DNA of 64,000 nucleotides, from positions 50,406,001 through 50,470,000 of the forward strand of contig NC_042997.1 of NCBI RefSeq assembly GCF_006345805.1, in the 5' to 3' direction. The notes below the pieces were generated by a model. That model ran no database searches, had not been told where the DNA came from, and was given only the letters and a program-made list of their open reading frames with translations. Below are positions 36,301-49,388 of the stretch, piece after piece (positions within the stretch are counted from its first letter, which is position 1; every line of letters begins with the position of its first letter). Position numbers and translations under genes: made by a program. This stretch comes from Octopus sinensis (lineage: Eukaryota).

Positions 36301-36803
36301 TCTATATATATAAAACTGTAGTTGTGTGAGTGGCTGTCCCCTTCGATTTAGATTCCTAACTACTCCCACATTTTGCGGTGCAGTTTAACCAAATTCGGGT
36401 ATCTCATAGTCGTGATTCATATCGAGCCCGTCTGTGTATTAGCGCGCGTCTACGATGAGTCTACGATTTTAAAAATAATTTAGCATCATTTTTTATTCCA
36501 TTTTAATGCATAATTTTTCGTGTGTCGATGGCGGCGGAGTTGGCGCTCACAGCTGCACCTGTTTGCTTCTCCCCCTTCCCTCCCTCGTGAAGCTGTGGGG
36601 AAGGGAGTGTAAGGAAATCAACGTCGTAAAGCGTTGTCAAGGAGACCAGCGTTCCTTTAGAACAACGACTTCATGGCTTGAAGACACCAAAACAGAAATG
36701 GCTTAGAAAGCCCGAATTGGCATCTATAAGGGAAGTAACTCTCTAAAAAGCTTATATAGTTATTTCCCTTACAAACCCGAGCAACGCCGGGCGATACTGC
36801 TAG
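36301..36803 (+). mobile_element. Non-autonomous Helitron (503 bp)
   Basis: 5' TCtatatatataaaa; 3' hairpin cccg-agcaacgc-cggg (36776-36791) followed by CTAG (36800-36803); inserted between A36300 and T36804; no TSD. Confidence 0.85.
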
Positions 36804-36854
<51 letters not shown>

Positions 36855-37242
36855 TGTGTGTGTGTGTGTGTGTGCTTTCAAATACATACTCACACACATC
36901 CACATTCACACACACGTATATACATATGCTTTCAAACACATACTTACATGCATCCATACGCACATATATATACACACACACATATACATATGTCTTCAAA
37001 CATATACTCACACACATTCAGACACACACGTATATACATATATCTTCAAACACATACACACTTCCAGACTCGCACGCATACCCTCAAACAACACTTTCAT
37101 CCACATACATTCATATATACTGACACACAAACACACCCTCACATATACATACACACACTCACGCATATATAGTCACATATATATAAACACAATGATGCAA
37201 CAACACTTTCGATCTGTTACCCTTAATGGTGGACCCTTTCTT

Positions 37243-37320
<78 letters not shown>

Positions 37321-38087
37321 TCGCACATCATGACAGAAGATAAAGAATGACACAGCTCATTTATTCGCAAAGTTAAAAAAGCTCAATATCTGGAATGAAG
37401 AAAGAAATTGTGTGTTGGCGGTGGACAACAATTATATTCTCTTTTATCCCAAAGTAATCGATAATATAAGTGATAGTCAAATATTTGGATCGATATAATC
37501 GATAATATCCTAACCCAAAATTTGTTTGTCTCCCATATATTTTGGAAATTATTGCTATTATTGTTCACGAGCTGTTCGAATCCCTTCGAGGTTGACATAG
37601 CTTCAGATGCTTTCGGGTGGATAGATCATGTACCAGCTAATTACTGGATCGATAAAATCGATTGCACATTTCTACTCAGAAAATGGGTGGCCTTGATCTA
37701 TCCTTTTAAATTTTGAGTTCGTCGTTCCAAAGTTGATAAACTAGAATACCAGTCAAAAACTGGGGTCGATGCAGTCGATTCTTGCCTCTTCTCGAAATTT
37801 TTGGAAATCATTAAAACCGTGGACTGGTATAATCGTTAAGAAGCAGGACGAAATGCCACGCAGTGCTTGTTCTGTGTTCGAACCCCGCCGGAAAATGCAC
37901 TACCATATTTGGTCGTACTCACTACGTTCTGTATTCAAATCTCTCAGAGGCTAAGCTTAAATTTCATCTTTTCATGAAAGTACCACTCACAACTGATACT
38001 TAATTTATCGACCTCGGCAGAATTTTAATTCAGAACGTAAAGACAGACGAAATGCCGCTAAGCATTTCGCCTGGGGTGCTAACATTT

Positions 38088-38690
38088 CTTATTTCTTTAT
38101 TGCTCACAAGGGGCTAAACATAGAGGGGACAAACAAGGACAGACAAACGGATTAAGTCGATTACATCGACCCAATTGCGTAACTGGTACTTGATTTATTG
38201 ACCTCAAAAGGATGAAAGGTAAAGTCGACCTCGGTGGAATTTGAACTCAGAACGTAAGGACAGACGAAATACCTATTTCTTTACTACCCACAAGGGGCTA
38301 AACACAGAGGGGACAAAAAGGACAGACAAAGGGATTAAGTCGATTACATCGACTCCAGTGCGTAACTGGTACTTATTTAATCGACCCCGAAAGGATGAAA
38401 GGTAAAGTCGACTTCGGCGCGGAATTTGAACTCAGAACGTAAGGACGGACGAAATACCTATTTCTTTACTACCCACAAGGGGCTAAACACAGCGGGGACA
38501 AACAAGGACAGACAAAGGGATTAAGTCGATTACATCGACCCCAGTGCGTAACTGGTACTTATTTAATCGACCCCGAAAGGATGAAAGGCAAAGTCGACCT
38601 CGGCGGAATTTGAACTCAGAACGTAGCGACAGACGAAATACCTCTAAGCATTTCGCCCGGCGTGCTAACGTTTCTGCCAGCTCGCCGCCT
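38088..38690 (-). mobile_element. Trimeric SINE (one head plus three bodies)
   Basis: Junctions at 38272 and 38457; same family and unit order as 34526-35126. Confidence 0.85.
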
Positions 38691-38696
38691 TCAGAA

Positions 38697-38697
<1 letters not shown>

Positions 38698-38734
<37 letters not shown>

Positions 38735-38761
38735 ATGATGATGATGATGATGATGATTATG

Positions 38762-38812
<51 letters not shown>

Positions 38813-38850
38813 TATCATCATCATCATGATCATCATCATCATCATCATCA

Positions 38851-38907
<57 letters not shown>

Positions 38908-38935
38908 TATATTATTATTATTATTATTATTATTA

Positions 38936-38963
<28 letters not shown>
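38698..38963. repeat. Compound (GAT)n/(ATT)n/(CAT)n microsatellite
   Basis: Direct sequence. Confidence 0.95.
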
Positions 38964-38966
<3 letters not shown>

Positions 38967-39900
38967 TAGTTTTATTTTTATAGCGTGCTTTCACTTCACT
39001 ACCGAGCACAGCTCTGTGTGCCTTGGGTATGTGCTGTGATTTGTTGTGATGCTCTGATGGTTATTGTATGGAAAGTGTTCTGCGTAGGATGTGTGCAGTG
39101 CCTAGTAGTGCAATTTTCTGTATGTTATATGTGTTGTAAGTCCTGGTGTTTTTGTTATGTATTTGTCTGAATATTTTTTTATCATGCCTAATGCACCTAC
39201 TATGATAGGAATTGTTTCTGTTTTCAGATTACACATTCTAGTTACCTCTATTTCCAGGTCTTTGTATTTTGAGAGTTTCTCCATTTCTTTTAGAGACACG
39301 TTGTCATCAGCCGGTATTGATACATCAATTAGAAAGCATTTTTTTTCTTCATGATCTCTGACAACTATATCTGGTCTGTTGGCCTTAATTTCTCTATCTG
39401 TGTGTATCGGCATATCCCAGAGTATGGTTGCTTTCTTGTTTTCTGTGACCTTTTCTGGTGTGTGCCTATACCATCTTTTTTCTGTTGTTATTCCATAATG
39501 TTGGCATAGCTTCCAATGTATGTAGGTTCCAACTCTGTCATGTCTGTGAATATATTCCTTCTTAGCCAAGACTGGGCAGCTAGAGATAATATGATTTATT
39601 GTTTCTTGTCCATCTCCACATATTCTGCAGTTACTTGTAATATTTCTTTTCATTACATGTTTTTGGTAATTTCTGGTGGGGAGGCTTTGGTCTTGTGCTG
39701 CAATTAAAAATCCCTCTGTTTCTGCTTCGAGTCCTGAGCTTCTCAACCATTGCTGGGATTTTTCTTTGTCTATTTCTTTTTCGTTTAGTGTAGTCCAGTA
39801 TTTACCATGAAGGGGCTTTTCTTGCCATCGTTTTATCATGGTTCGTTGCTGTTCTATTTTTAGTTTGGATTTCATTTGTTTTATAGCTTTTGTTGTTTCT
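38964..39900 (-). mobile_element. 5'-truncated R4/Dong-type LINE 3' end (zinc knuckle plus REL endonuclease) with (TAA)n tail
   Basis: ORF 39102..39875: CRICGDGQETINHIISSC, RHDRV, WDMPIHTDREIKANRPDIVV..FLIDVSIP..KLSKYKDL; 3' UTR ends in actactg-aataataa. Confidence 0.92.
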
Positions 39901-39943
39901 TCATCTTCTTCTTCTTCTTCTTCTCTTCTTCTTCTTCTTCTTC

Positions 39944-39998
<55 letters not shown>

Positions 39999-40224
39999 TT
40001 TTTTTTCTTCTTTAAATTTGCTTCCATTTCTTGCCGAGTGTCTTCCCGACTCCTAGGGCAAAGAAACTCATAGTATACATTGGTAGGCCATTAAACCAAA
40101 CTCAGTAGTTCGTTCATTTTTTTTATATATTTTTTTTAAAGTTAAATTAAAATACATGAGCAGCAACAGTTCTCACATCGACAATGCTCTTCTCAATACG
40201 TGTGATGTACCAGTTAAGACAATC

Positions 40225-40273
<49 letters not shown>

Positions 40274-40274
<1 letters not shown>

Positions 40275-40746
40275 GTTCTTGTTGTTGTTGTTTTTCTTTT
40301 TTCTTCAAATTTTCTTCCATTTTTCGCCGGATGCTTTCCGTACACCTAGGGTAGAGAAGCTCATTGCATGCATTCCCAGATTACACACGCAAATTCACAG
40401 GTAAAATATGTGTTTTAAAAAATTAATAAATAAATAAATTCATGAATGGATGTTGTTTTCACAGCGATAGTGCTCTTCTCAGTACATGAGCCGTTCCAGT
40501 TAACACGATTTTTTGCACTTCCTGTAGGGATGGTAAGCCTGGTATCATTTTCAAATAGGCTTTTTTATCATTCCTAGAGATCCTACAATCACTGGTACTG
40601 TAGTCGCCTTGAGATGCCACTTTGTTTCAATTTCTATTAGCAAGTCTTTATATTTACTGATCTTGTCAAATTCTTTCGCCGCTATATTGTAATCGCAAGG
40701 AATACTCATGTTTATCATTATCATTATATTTATCATTATTATTATC

Positions 40747-40819
<73 letters not shown>

Positions 40820-41275
40820 GTTCTTGTTGTTGTTGTTTTTCTTTTTTCTTCAAATTTTCTTCCATTTTTCGCCGGATGCTTTCCGTACACCTAGGGTAGA
40901 GAAGCTCATTGCATGCATTCCCAGATTACACACGCAAATTCACAGGTAAAATATGTGTTTTAAAAAATTAATAAATAAATAAATTCATGAATGGATGTTG
41001 TTTTCACAGCGATAGTGCTCTTCTCAGTACATGAGCCGTTCCAGTTAACACGATTTTTTGCACTTCCTGTAGGGATGGTAAGCCTGGTATCATTTTCAAA
41101 TAGGCTTTTTTATCATTCCTAGAGATCCTACAATCACTGGTACTGTAGTCGCCTTGAGATGCCACTTTGTTTCAATTTCTATTAGCAAGTCTTTATATTT
41201 ACTGATCTTGTCAAATTCTTTCGCCGCTATATTGTAATCGCAAGGAATACTCATGTTTATCATTATCATTATTAT
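40274..41275 (-). repeat. Tandem duplication (period 545 bp) of a degraded Dong-like 3' fragment, separated by (ATT)n
   Basis: 40274-40727 and 40819-41272 read identically; they encode SIPCDYNIAAKEFDKISKYKDLLIEIETKWHLKATTVPVIVGSLGMIKK. Confidence 0.85.
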
Positions 41276-41297
41276 TTATCATTATTATTATCTATTA

Positions 41298-41368
<71 letters not shown>

Positions 41369-41937
41369 CACTATTATGGCGGCAGAATTGTTAGCACACC
41401 GGACAAAATGCTTAACGGCGTTTTGTTCTCAGCTCAAATTACGCCCAGATCCACCTTTTATGCTTTCGAGATCGATAAAAAAAGTCCCAGTCAAATACTA
41501 AGACCTGAAGTAATCGACTTAGCCCCTCCCTACGAATTTCAGGCATAGTGCCTATAGTAGAAAGTATTGTTGCCATTGTTGATGTTGTTGTTATCGTTGT
41601 TGGTGCAATAGATTGCAGAGCTTGTGTTGTTATGAGGATATCCTAGTCACTGCCTCACACTCACCCGCGCCCTATGAGACAAAGATCCACTAAGTAATGC
41701 TGAGAAACATCGGAAGCAGACAAATTCCCTCGAATCATGTACACACACACACACACACACACACTTGCTAGTGTTTAAAACATACGAAGAAGACATCAGC
41801 AGATAATAGAGGCCATAATACACTGTTTGGAAAAATACAGTCAGGAAAGTCATGGCTAGAACATCTTTGACGATAGATATACATGAACAGTATCACCTAC
41901 GTCTAATTAACAATAACTGTTGTTGTTGTTGTTCAAA

Positions 41938-42150
41938 GTGGCGAGCTGGCAGAAACGTTAGCACGCCGGGCGAAATGCTTAGTGCTATTTCGTCTGACGC
42001 TACGTTGTGAGTTCAAATTCCGCCGAGGTCGACTTTGCCTTTCACCCTTTCGGGGTCGATTAATTAAGTACCAGTTGTGTACTGTGGTCGATCTAATCGA
42101 CTGACTCCCTCCCCTAAAATTTCTGGCCTTGTGCCTAGAGTAGAAAAGAA
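41938..42150 (+). mobile_element. tRNA-derived SINE
   Basis: gtggcgagctggcagaaacgttagcacgccggg..gagttcaaattccgccgaggtcgactttgcc. Confidence 0.85.
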
Positions 42151-42232
42151 TAACTGTTGTTGTTGGTTGTTATTATTGTTGTTGTTGTTAAGCAACAAGA
42201 CGGATAAGGGTGATTAGGTGATGTTCTAGGGC

Positions 42233-42445
42233 TTAGGGGCGGGAGACCTCAGACCTTGGAAAAAAAAACATTGGTCGTCTTGTTGTAGTCGAGGGCTCTT
42301 CGTTGACGCCCGGCACCACTGGGAGGTGGTCCTCGAAGTCGCTGGAAATGGAGATCTCCAGGTCCAAATTCTTGAACGGCTGTTGTTGGTGATGGTCGTG
42401 GTAGTATTCAGTCGAATCCGATAAAGACGATTCATCAGTTTCTTG
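42233..42445 (-). other. Unassigned GC-richer coding-like segment (possible terminal exon or retroposed fragment)
   Basis: After ttcag: QETDESSLSDSTEYYHDHHQQQPFKNLDLEISISSDFEDHLPVVPGVNEEPSTTTRRPMFFFPRSEVSRP*; no family recognised. Confidence 0.25.
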
Positions 42446-43462
42446 CTGAACCAGAAACTGATTTGTTTATAGTGACACATGTTTGTCCTGTCCATGAGCT
42501 CACACCCTCAGTCAAATCGACATTGTCTGTACACCTGCAAGGTGTGCTGTACGCCAGATATCGAAGTAATCGCAGAGCAACGTAAAATAAAAGTGTTTGC
42601 TCAAAGACACCAAGCACTGCCCGAGAATTGAAATTGCGATCTTGCAATCATGGTTGCAAACTCTTACCACTAAGCCACGGATCCTCATACAATAGCAACT
42701 ACAACTCCGTGAAAACTCAATCAACAAGATCACCATTCAGCATGAAAATCTCTACATGGTCATCAGATATGCTAAAAATAGCAGTTGTATGCCATCATTT
42801 GCGTCAATTTGCATATGCATACGTTTGTGTTTATGTGAGTGTGTGTGTATATTTGTTAACGAGCGTAGGTGGCTTTATCGTATAAACGCCGTTGCGCATA
42901 TTTAACTACCTCCATATATACACACGCATTTCCGCTCCTACACACACACATACACGTGCACACGCACACGCATAGACACACATGCATAGACACGTGCTCA
43001 AACACATACACACGTATACAAACACACACACATTAACACACTCACACCACTTCCTTTTTGATAAGTTATAAACATGGACAAGAAATATTATCTTATCATT
43101 TGTTTGTGAAATAATAGTGGACACTTGTCTAAATGCATTACAAGAGAAACAGACCCTTTACGAATCGTTCTTGAAACAAAAACATAGAAAAGAAAACACT
43201 AACAAGTAGATTTCTAACTAGCTAATTTGCTTTTTGCATGATCAGTGGCTGCATGTCATTTATTTTCTATAGTAACTGGCCTCGTGCCGCCAAAAATGAC
43301 GAGTAATTGTAGTATTTTTATATATAAATATGGATGGTAAATCAAACTAATATATTTGTCAGTTATCTAGTTTGTTGTCTTTTGAGATGCGACATCTATC
43401 GTCGTTTGTTACTGAAAGAACGCTGGTTCACACGTACAAACATTCGCATACTTCCCTTGTAC

Positions 43463-43511
<49 letters not shown>

Positions 43512-44109
43512 CTCACACAGAGTTGAAATGCTGTTTGATTTTTTCCTTTCAGGGTGAATGTTCACCTACCCACCTCCATTGCACACACACACACATTCCC
43601 ATATCTCTCTTTTACATAATCACACAGAGTTGAAACGCTCCCACCACCAATTTGCCATCATTCCTTCCTTCCTTATTCATCTATCACCCCTTCTTTTCTT
43701 ATTCATATGTTTAGACGGAGAAAAACACAAGCGTATTATTATAGTAGATATTGCAATCTGGAATGAACTGCTATCTCTAGCGGACGAGTATCCCCCACCG
43801 AATAGGATCACAAACAGATTGAATCCGTACGGTCTGGCAGTTTCGTGGATGGAAGATTGTAGGGGATCACTCTTCTGCTTGCAGTACATATCGGGTGCAG
43901 ATTGCATCGAATTAGTAGCTGGGGGAAGCGTCCTCGTGGGGTTAAAATGATAGTAACGTCGTTCCTATGGAACAGCCATGTTTAAGTGGCGATGACCATT
44001 ACTAATAGTATATTTAAAAATTACTATGAACACGAACTTACAATAATGTTATATTTTCTAGAAAAAAGCAAACACTATTCCTACCGAAAACCAGACAAGG
44101 AAATAGTAG

Positions 44110-44424
44110 TATAGGAGGGGATGCTGGAAAGTTCCTGGTTTGGGATAAAAGAAGATACAAGAGGATCAGTTAATTATGATTTTATGCGACATTTTCCCCT
44201 TTCAGATTCACACGCTTATTGCAACGGCCCTTCAGATTTTCTAAGCTCTGTAAAAGAATTTAGAAGGTTGGGCCTCCAGCCAGGCCTATTACAACACCTT
44301 TAAAGGCAGAACTTTTCAGCACAAACCTCATATATATACTTAAGATTTTCTAAGCTTTGTAAAAGAACGCGCCAAGCCTTTCGCGATACCCTTAAAATCA
44401 GGAGGTTTTCAGCACCCCTTTGTA
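44110..44424. mobile_element. Probable Tc1/mariner-type MITE with internal repeats
   Basis: Imperfect TIRs ggggatgctggaaagttcct / aggaggttttcagcacccc with TA at the ends; internal repeat cagattttctaagct.tgtaaaagaa. Confidence 0.5.
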
Positions 44425-44499
44425 CATCAATAGTGATTCCACTCACACAGCCACCATTATGAGATACATGAGTGATAAAGTTATCAATATCGTTTAGTC

Positions 44500-46280
44500 A
44501 TTGACAGCAGCCAAGGAATTAATCGAGCAAATAGCAGATAGAGCGACTCACAAGTGGACCTCTGCCCCTCCACAAAAAGTGGAAAAGTAATCGCCCCATC
44601 TTGTTTAGCCACAAATCGGGGCAAGGCACAACGGTCAAGTGGTAGGTAATCACAGATACCATAAACACATCTACGATCTCCTCCCTCCCTTTCAGGGACA
44701 ACCACCACTCAGACCAGATCTGAGTTAGGTGAATCACTCTGCTTGTCACTTCACTCCCGTTCTTCTCTATCTGGAGATCTGGCTCGAACCAGGCCCCTAA
44801 CATCTTAACCGGACCCTCCGTCCAACGCCTAACAACGTTGTTGTGAGGTATCGACTTGCCTTTCCAGGTGCCGAGCTGCAAGCCGACTGACTTATCACGG
44901 TTAATCTTAGCTCCTGCCACCGATTCGTAATCCTTAATGGGATCGCCTACCCTCCGTAGGTATTCCACTTCAGACACGATGATAGTGATGTCCTCATATG
45001 TGGAAACTGACTTTCCACAACCGAGATCTCGCAAAACGCTCCTCATACCCTCCAACCTCCGCAGTAAAGGCTCCAAAGTCAGCTCATACAGAAGTGGAGA
45101 GAGGTGACATCCTTCACCCACCGAACGCTTGATGCTGAATGGCTCCAAAAAGAAACCATTCACTCGAACGATCGATTCAATGTTGTTATAAAGTGCTAAG
45201 ATCCAACTAAGATCCAAGCCCGAACTCCGTGACGACTGACACTAGATACCAATGGTCAACCCTGTCAAAAGCTTTTGATTGGTCTAAATGAACCAAAGCA
45301 CCGTCCTTGCCAGGAAGTCTACTTACCCTCTCTAAAGTATAGCGTATAAGATGGAGGTTTGTGTCTCTTTTCTTTTCATATTTTGCAGCTCCTTCCTGCT
45401 CTCTTTCAATACTGGCGCTGTAGGAGGTGCAACTGTTTCCGCAGCGGGTGGGGAGCTTTTGTTTTCACTGGTAGAGAGCATTCAGATCTTATGTGCCCCT
45501 TTTGGCCTCACTTAAAATATCTTGGCTTTCTGCCCTCCACTATTACTCTCAGGATCGTGTCATCCCCTACCCGTATGGTGTCTGCAATCAATTCGAGGTC
45601 ATCTTGGGAGGCCTGTAATAACATTTCCAGGCTTTAACTCTGCCAATTTTGTTGATGAATTTTCGTAGCATGGCGGATTGTCACTTTATCCTCCAAGCCC
45701 AAAACGATAGTGACTACCAGCCAAGCAACGTCGACCTTCGGGGTGATTTCTCCTTCCTTCACCTTGGAAATTCGCCTTCCCAAATAGGTAGGTAGGAGTA
45801 CTAATTCGTTCGATCTCAGAAGTGATGTTGTGTGTTGCCTGGCCTTATCTTCACTTGTGGACAGCATCTCTATTTTTGCGAACCGATTCCCTCTGACAAG
45901 ATACACATCTTGCCAGATTGGTTGTAAGCATTTTCCCGCCTGTTCCTTGGTAATTATTTCCAGTTTAATTGATACTGTCGTAAAAACAATGGTTTTCAGA
46001 GGGGTATCATGCGTCACCTCGCTGGGAGGGGTAAGTTTGATCTCATACCCCTCTCGTTGAAGCATTCCTTTAAACTTGTCTAGTTCTTGGTTTCCAAGTT
46101 TCAAGTCTTCCCTATTGACGCCGGCAACAAATGCAAAGTTTTTTACTTTTCATTTTCCATTTGTAATTTTGTTCATTTCTTTTGAGTCTTTCAACAATTT
46201 TCTGTTCAAATCCTGAACTTGTTGATTCAAGTCTTCGTCCGACGAAGACTCATCTGATGAACTTATGCTCAAAATGAGAA
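44500..46280 (-). mobile_element. L1/Tx1-clade LINE remnant: ORF1 joined directly to RT (APE deleted), 3'-truncated
   Basis: ORF1 45634..46104 plus knuckle remnant RYFK*GQKGHIRSEC; at about 45358 it switches to NLHLIRY..LDQSKAFDRVDH..RSVGEGCHLSPLLY..KINRDKS..WTEGPVKMLG. Confidence 0.85.
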
Positions 46281-47227
46281 AAAATATTCAAAAAGGGAAA
46301 AATTTTGCCCAATGGGGAAACCGTTAACAAATCTGCCAGAAGGCAGTAAAATAAGGTGTTTCAAAACAAATGCTATAAAAGTTCAACGAAACGGTAAGAC
46401 TTCCAAAAATAATTTCAACGAAATCACAATATTTACCAAAAAGATGTCCAAACTAACTGATCAGTTTCAGAGGATTGTGACAACGGTGAAAAAAAAAATC
46501 AACATTGATTTATTGACGCATCTGGGCAAGTTTATGTCTGTATTATCAGACAATTGCGACAAAATGTTTTTTAAAAATTCAAAATTCTGCAAAAATCCGG
46601 TACAAATTCTTCATGGTTCAAAACGTTGCTTACTTTTTACTTGTTTACTTTTTACATCAAGAAATATCTTGATATAAGAAAATATTCCTCAAAGACAACT
46701 GTTACTCCGTCGAAGGCTGCTTATATGTGTTCCTTTCACCACCGTCTAAGGGTGAATAGATACAATCCCTTAGATACAGACATGCAAATATAAAAGTACC
46801 TATACTTATATACAAGCACACACATATATACATATAATCTTACAGTATACGCATATATACGTTTATCCATCTACGCATATATGTCTCTATTTTCACAGAC
46901 AACAGCTAAACATAAATACTTATTTTTTAGTATTTTACATAGACACACGCACACACGCACATATATATACACACATACATATACGTACATGCATATACAC
47001 CCTCATACATACATACATACATACCTACCAATGCACACACACTAAAATACCAATACATCTACACATACGCACATGCATATAAATCTATGTACAGTCATAT
47101 AACTATATATAATTACATATATATATATATCAGTATCATGCACCTCAACATGTATATATGAATTTCTACATGTAAATGAAAGGGGTGATTATAGATGGCT
47201 ACTCCTGAGTGGAATCTGGGGGTTACC

Positions 47228-47311
47228 TCATTCGGATTTACGATTGAGGGTGGGTTTGTATTCCTGTATACAGACAGCTTCGATGACTTGTCTCAGCATT
47301 GCATCAGTGGC
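47228..47311 (-). mobile_element. Penelope-like GIY-YIG C-terminal fragment
   Basis: Minus frame ATDAMLRQVIEAVCIQEYKPTLNRKSE*, paralleling TDATIRQITEATHIIENKPSLNRKLEW at 19.8 kb. Confidence 0.65.
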
Positions 47312-47326
47312 ATACACACACACACA

Positions 47327-47413
<87 letters not shown>

Positions 47414-48276
47414 GTGAAATAGAAAGATGAATAATCTTGTAGCAGATTAATCAAACGATTTCTGTTCAATCTTCGTTCAGCTCCATTTCTTCAATTCACC
47501 AATAATATATATATATATATATATATAATTTCTGTCCAACAATTTCGTTCACAAGGCATTGGTCATCCCAGGGTTTTAGTGAAAGGTATTAACCCAAAGT
47601 ACAGCGTTTGGGACTGACCCTCAACCATGTGATTGCAAAGCGAGCTTCTTAACCACACAGCTATGCATGTGATATAAGAAATATCTTGATGTAAGAAAAT
47701 ATTCCTCAAAGCTGCTTCATAACTACTAGAAGTAGTTATAAAGACAAACTGAAAAACACAAAACAACCCACACACAAAACAACACTGAATATAAAACGAG
47801 AAGTTAAGTTGGTGCAACCCTCCACAAACGTAGCGATAATCTCTCAGTCGCTGCCAAGTATACTGTTCTTCGTTTCACAAAGATGCAACAGAAGAGTTTT
47901 TTTTTTTAATTCTATAAAATCTGTTATGATTATTTACATAATATAAGTCTCAGATATCTCCAACTAAATCTGAAAATCCAGTAACATGACATAACCACTA
48001 TTTGAATGCAACTGTAGAAATATTCTAAACTAGAAAATTGTATCTAAAACCGCTGGGGAGATACAACCGATGTAAAGATAAAAAGTGGAATCGAAATGAT
48101 ATTATCGGGTTAACAGAAAAAGATCTAAATCTGATAGACACAAGATATCATTGATTCACTTCAAAGAACGAATCATTCCACATCATTGTCACAACATACA
48201 TGGGATCGCAAGTAAAGCATGGTCGACAAAAAAGAAAATCAAAGCATTCAACTTAAGCAGCAGCAGACGGAACATA

Positions 48277-48773
48277 CGAGGTCTGGCCAAAATGTGTTAT
48301 AAAAAGAAAACTACAGCACATTTCATTTCGCCTTTTTATCTCCTTCTGAAGCCACATACTTTATCCAGTGTCGTTTCCATTAATGGAAGCATTCTCCGAA
48401 CTCCGTTTTCTCGTCGCATTCCTTTGGATTTCCTCGACGTCTTGAAATCTAGATGGGATCTTCCACTGTGAAGGCCGAGCCTTTGTTTCGGGATCACCTG
48501 TTTATTACTGTTTCCAAAAAGCTTTCGTTTTCCTCAGCACAATCAAGGAGACCCTGGGCAGCTGAAACCGGATCTTCGTTTTGAGACGACCACACTCTAT
48601 ATACTTCAATTCCAAGCACTGCCATAAACAACGGAAGCGAGCGAATAAGTTATAACCTAGTACGCATGGGTGACAGAAATGAAAGTCAACCTGTGCCAAG
48701 CGACTTCATTCTGCATACTTTAACTCTGTTACCATAGCAACAATCCCGATACTTTTTGATCAGACCTGGCGTG
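48277..48773 (-). mobile_element. Internally deleted mariner element
   Basis: TA-flanked imperfect TIRs cgaggtctggccaaaatgt / actttttgatcagacctgg; minus-strand remnants ENESFLETVI..PETKARPSQWK and RFQDVEEIQRNATR..ECFH*WKRHWIKYVASEGD. Confidence 0.8.
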
Positions 48774-49105
48774 TATAACCTAAAAATATAAAACAGTAAT
48801 TTATACCGGTAACGTCTTGAATAAAGGGAGACGAGACATCCTGCACGTTTTTGTACTTTTTCTGCAGTATTTATACCGGCAGTTTGTATCCTACCTACAT
48901 GGCCTGCATGGACGACTGACTTAATCCCTCGCTCGGTTTAACACCACCATCTACAACCTTAGGTGACTTTAGCGGATCCCAGTCTATTGCATTTCGGTGA
49001 AGAGCCCAGCTTTGAGAGTAACTTTATCCCACTCTTCCAGTAATGTATTTTTGAGGGGTGAGGGACCTATATATGGCTGTGAACAAATAAATAAATAGAA
49101 AAGTA

Positions 49106-49245
49106 AGGCATGGCTGTATGATAAAAAGCTGGCTTCCCAAGCACATACTTGCAGGTTCAGTTCCATCGCGTTGCACCTTGGGCAAGTGTCTTCTACAATA
49201 GAAGACAGGATTTGGTAGACGGAAACTGAGAGAAGCCAGTCGTGT
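49106..49245 (+). mobile_element. 5' fragment of CORE-type SINE
   Basis: gcaccttgggcaagtgtcttctacaatag..gatttggtagacggaaactga. Confidence 0.65.
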
Positions 49246-49336
49246 GTGTGTGTATGTGTGTATATATATATAACATATAGTATAATCATAAACAGGGCAA
49301 ATTTTAGCCATTTTTCCGCAGACTGAAAAAAGCGTT

Positions 49337-49388
49337 GAACGACCTTAATCGATTTTCGAACCTTATAGGGTTCTCATCAGAGGCGTCC
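49337..49388 (-). ncRNA. Minimal type I hammerhead ribozyme, perfect core
   Basis: Minus strand: ggacgccu-CUGAUGA-GAACC-cuauaa-GGUUC-GAAA-A-ucga-U-UA^aggucguuc; AAUCGAUU palindrome. Confidence 0.85.
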
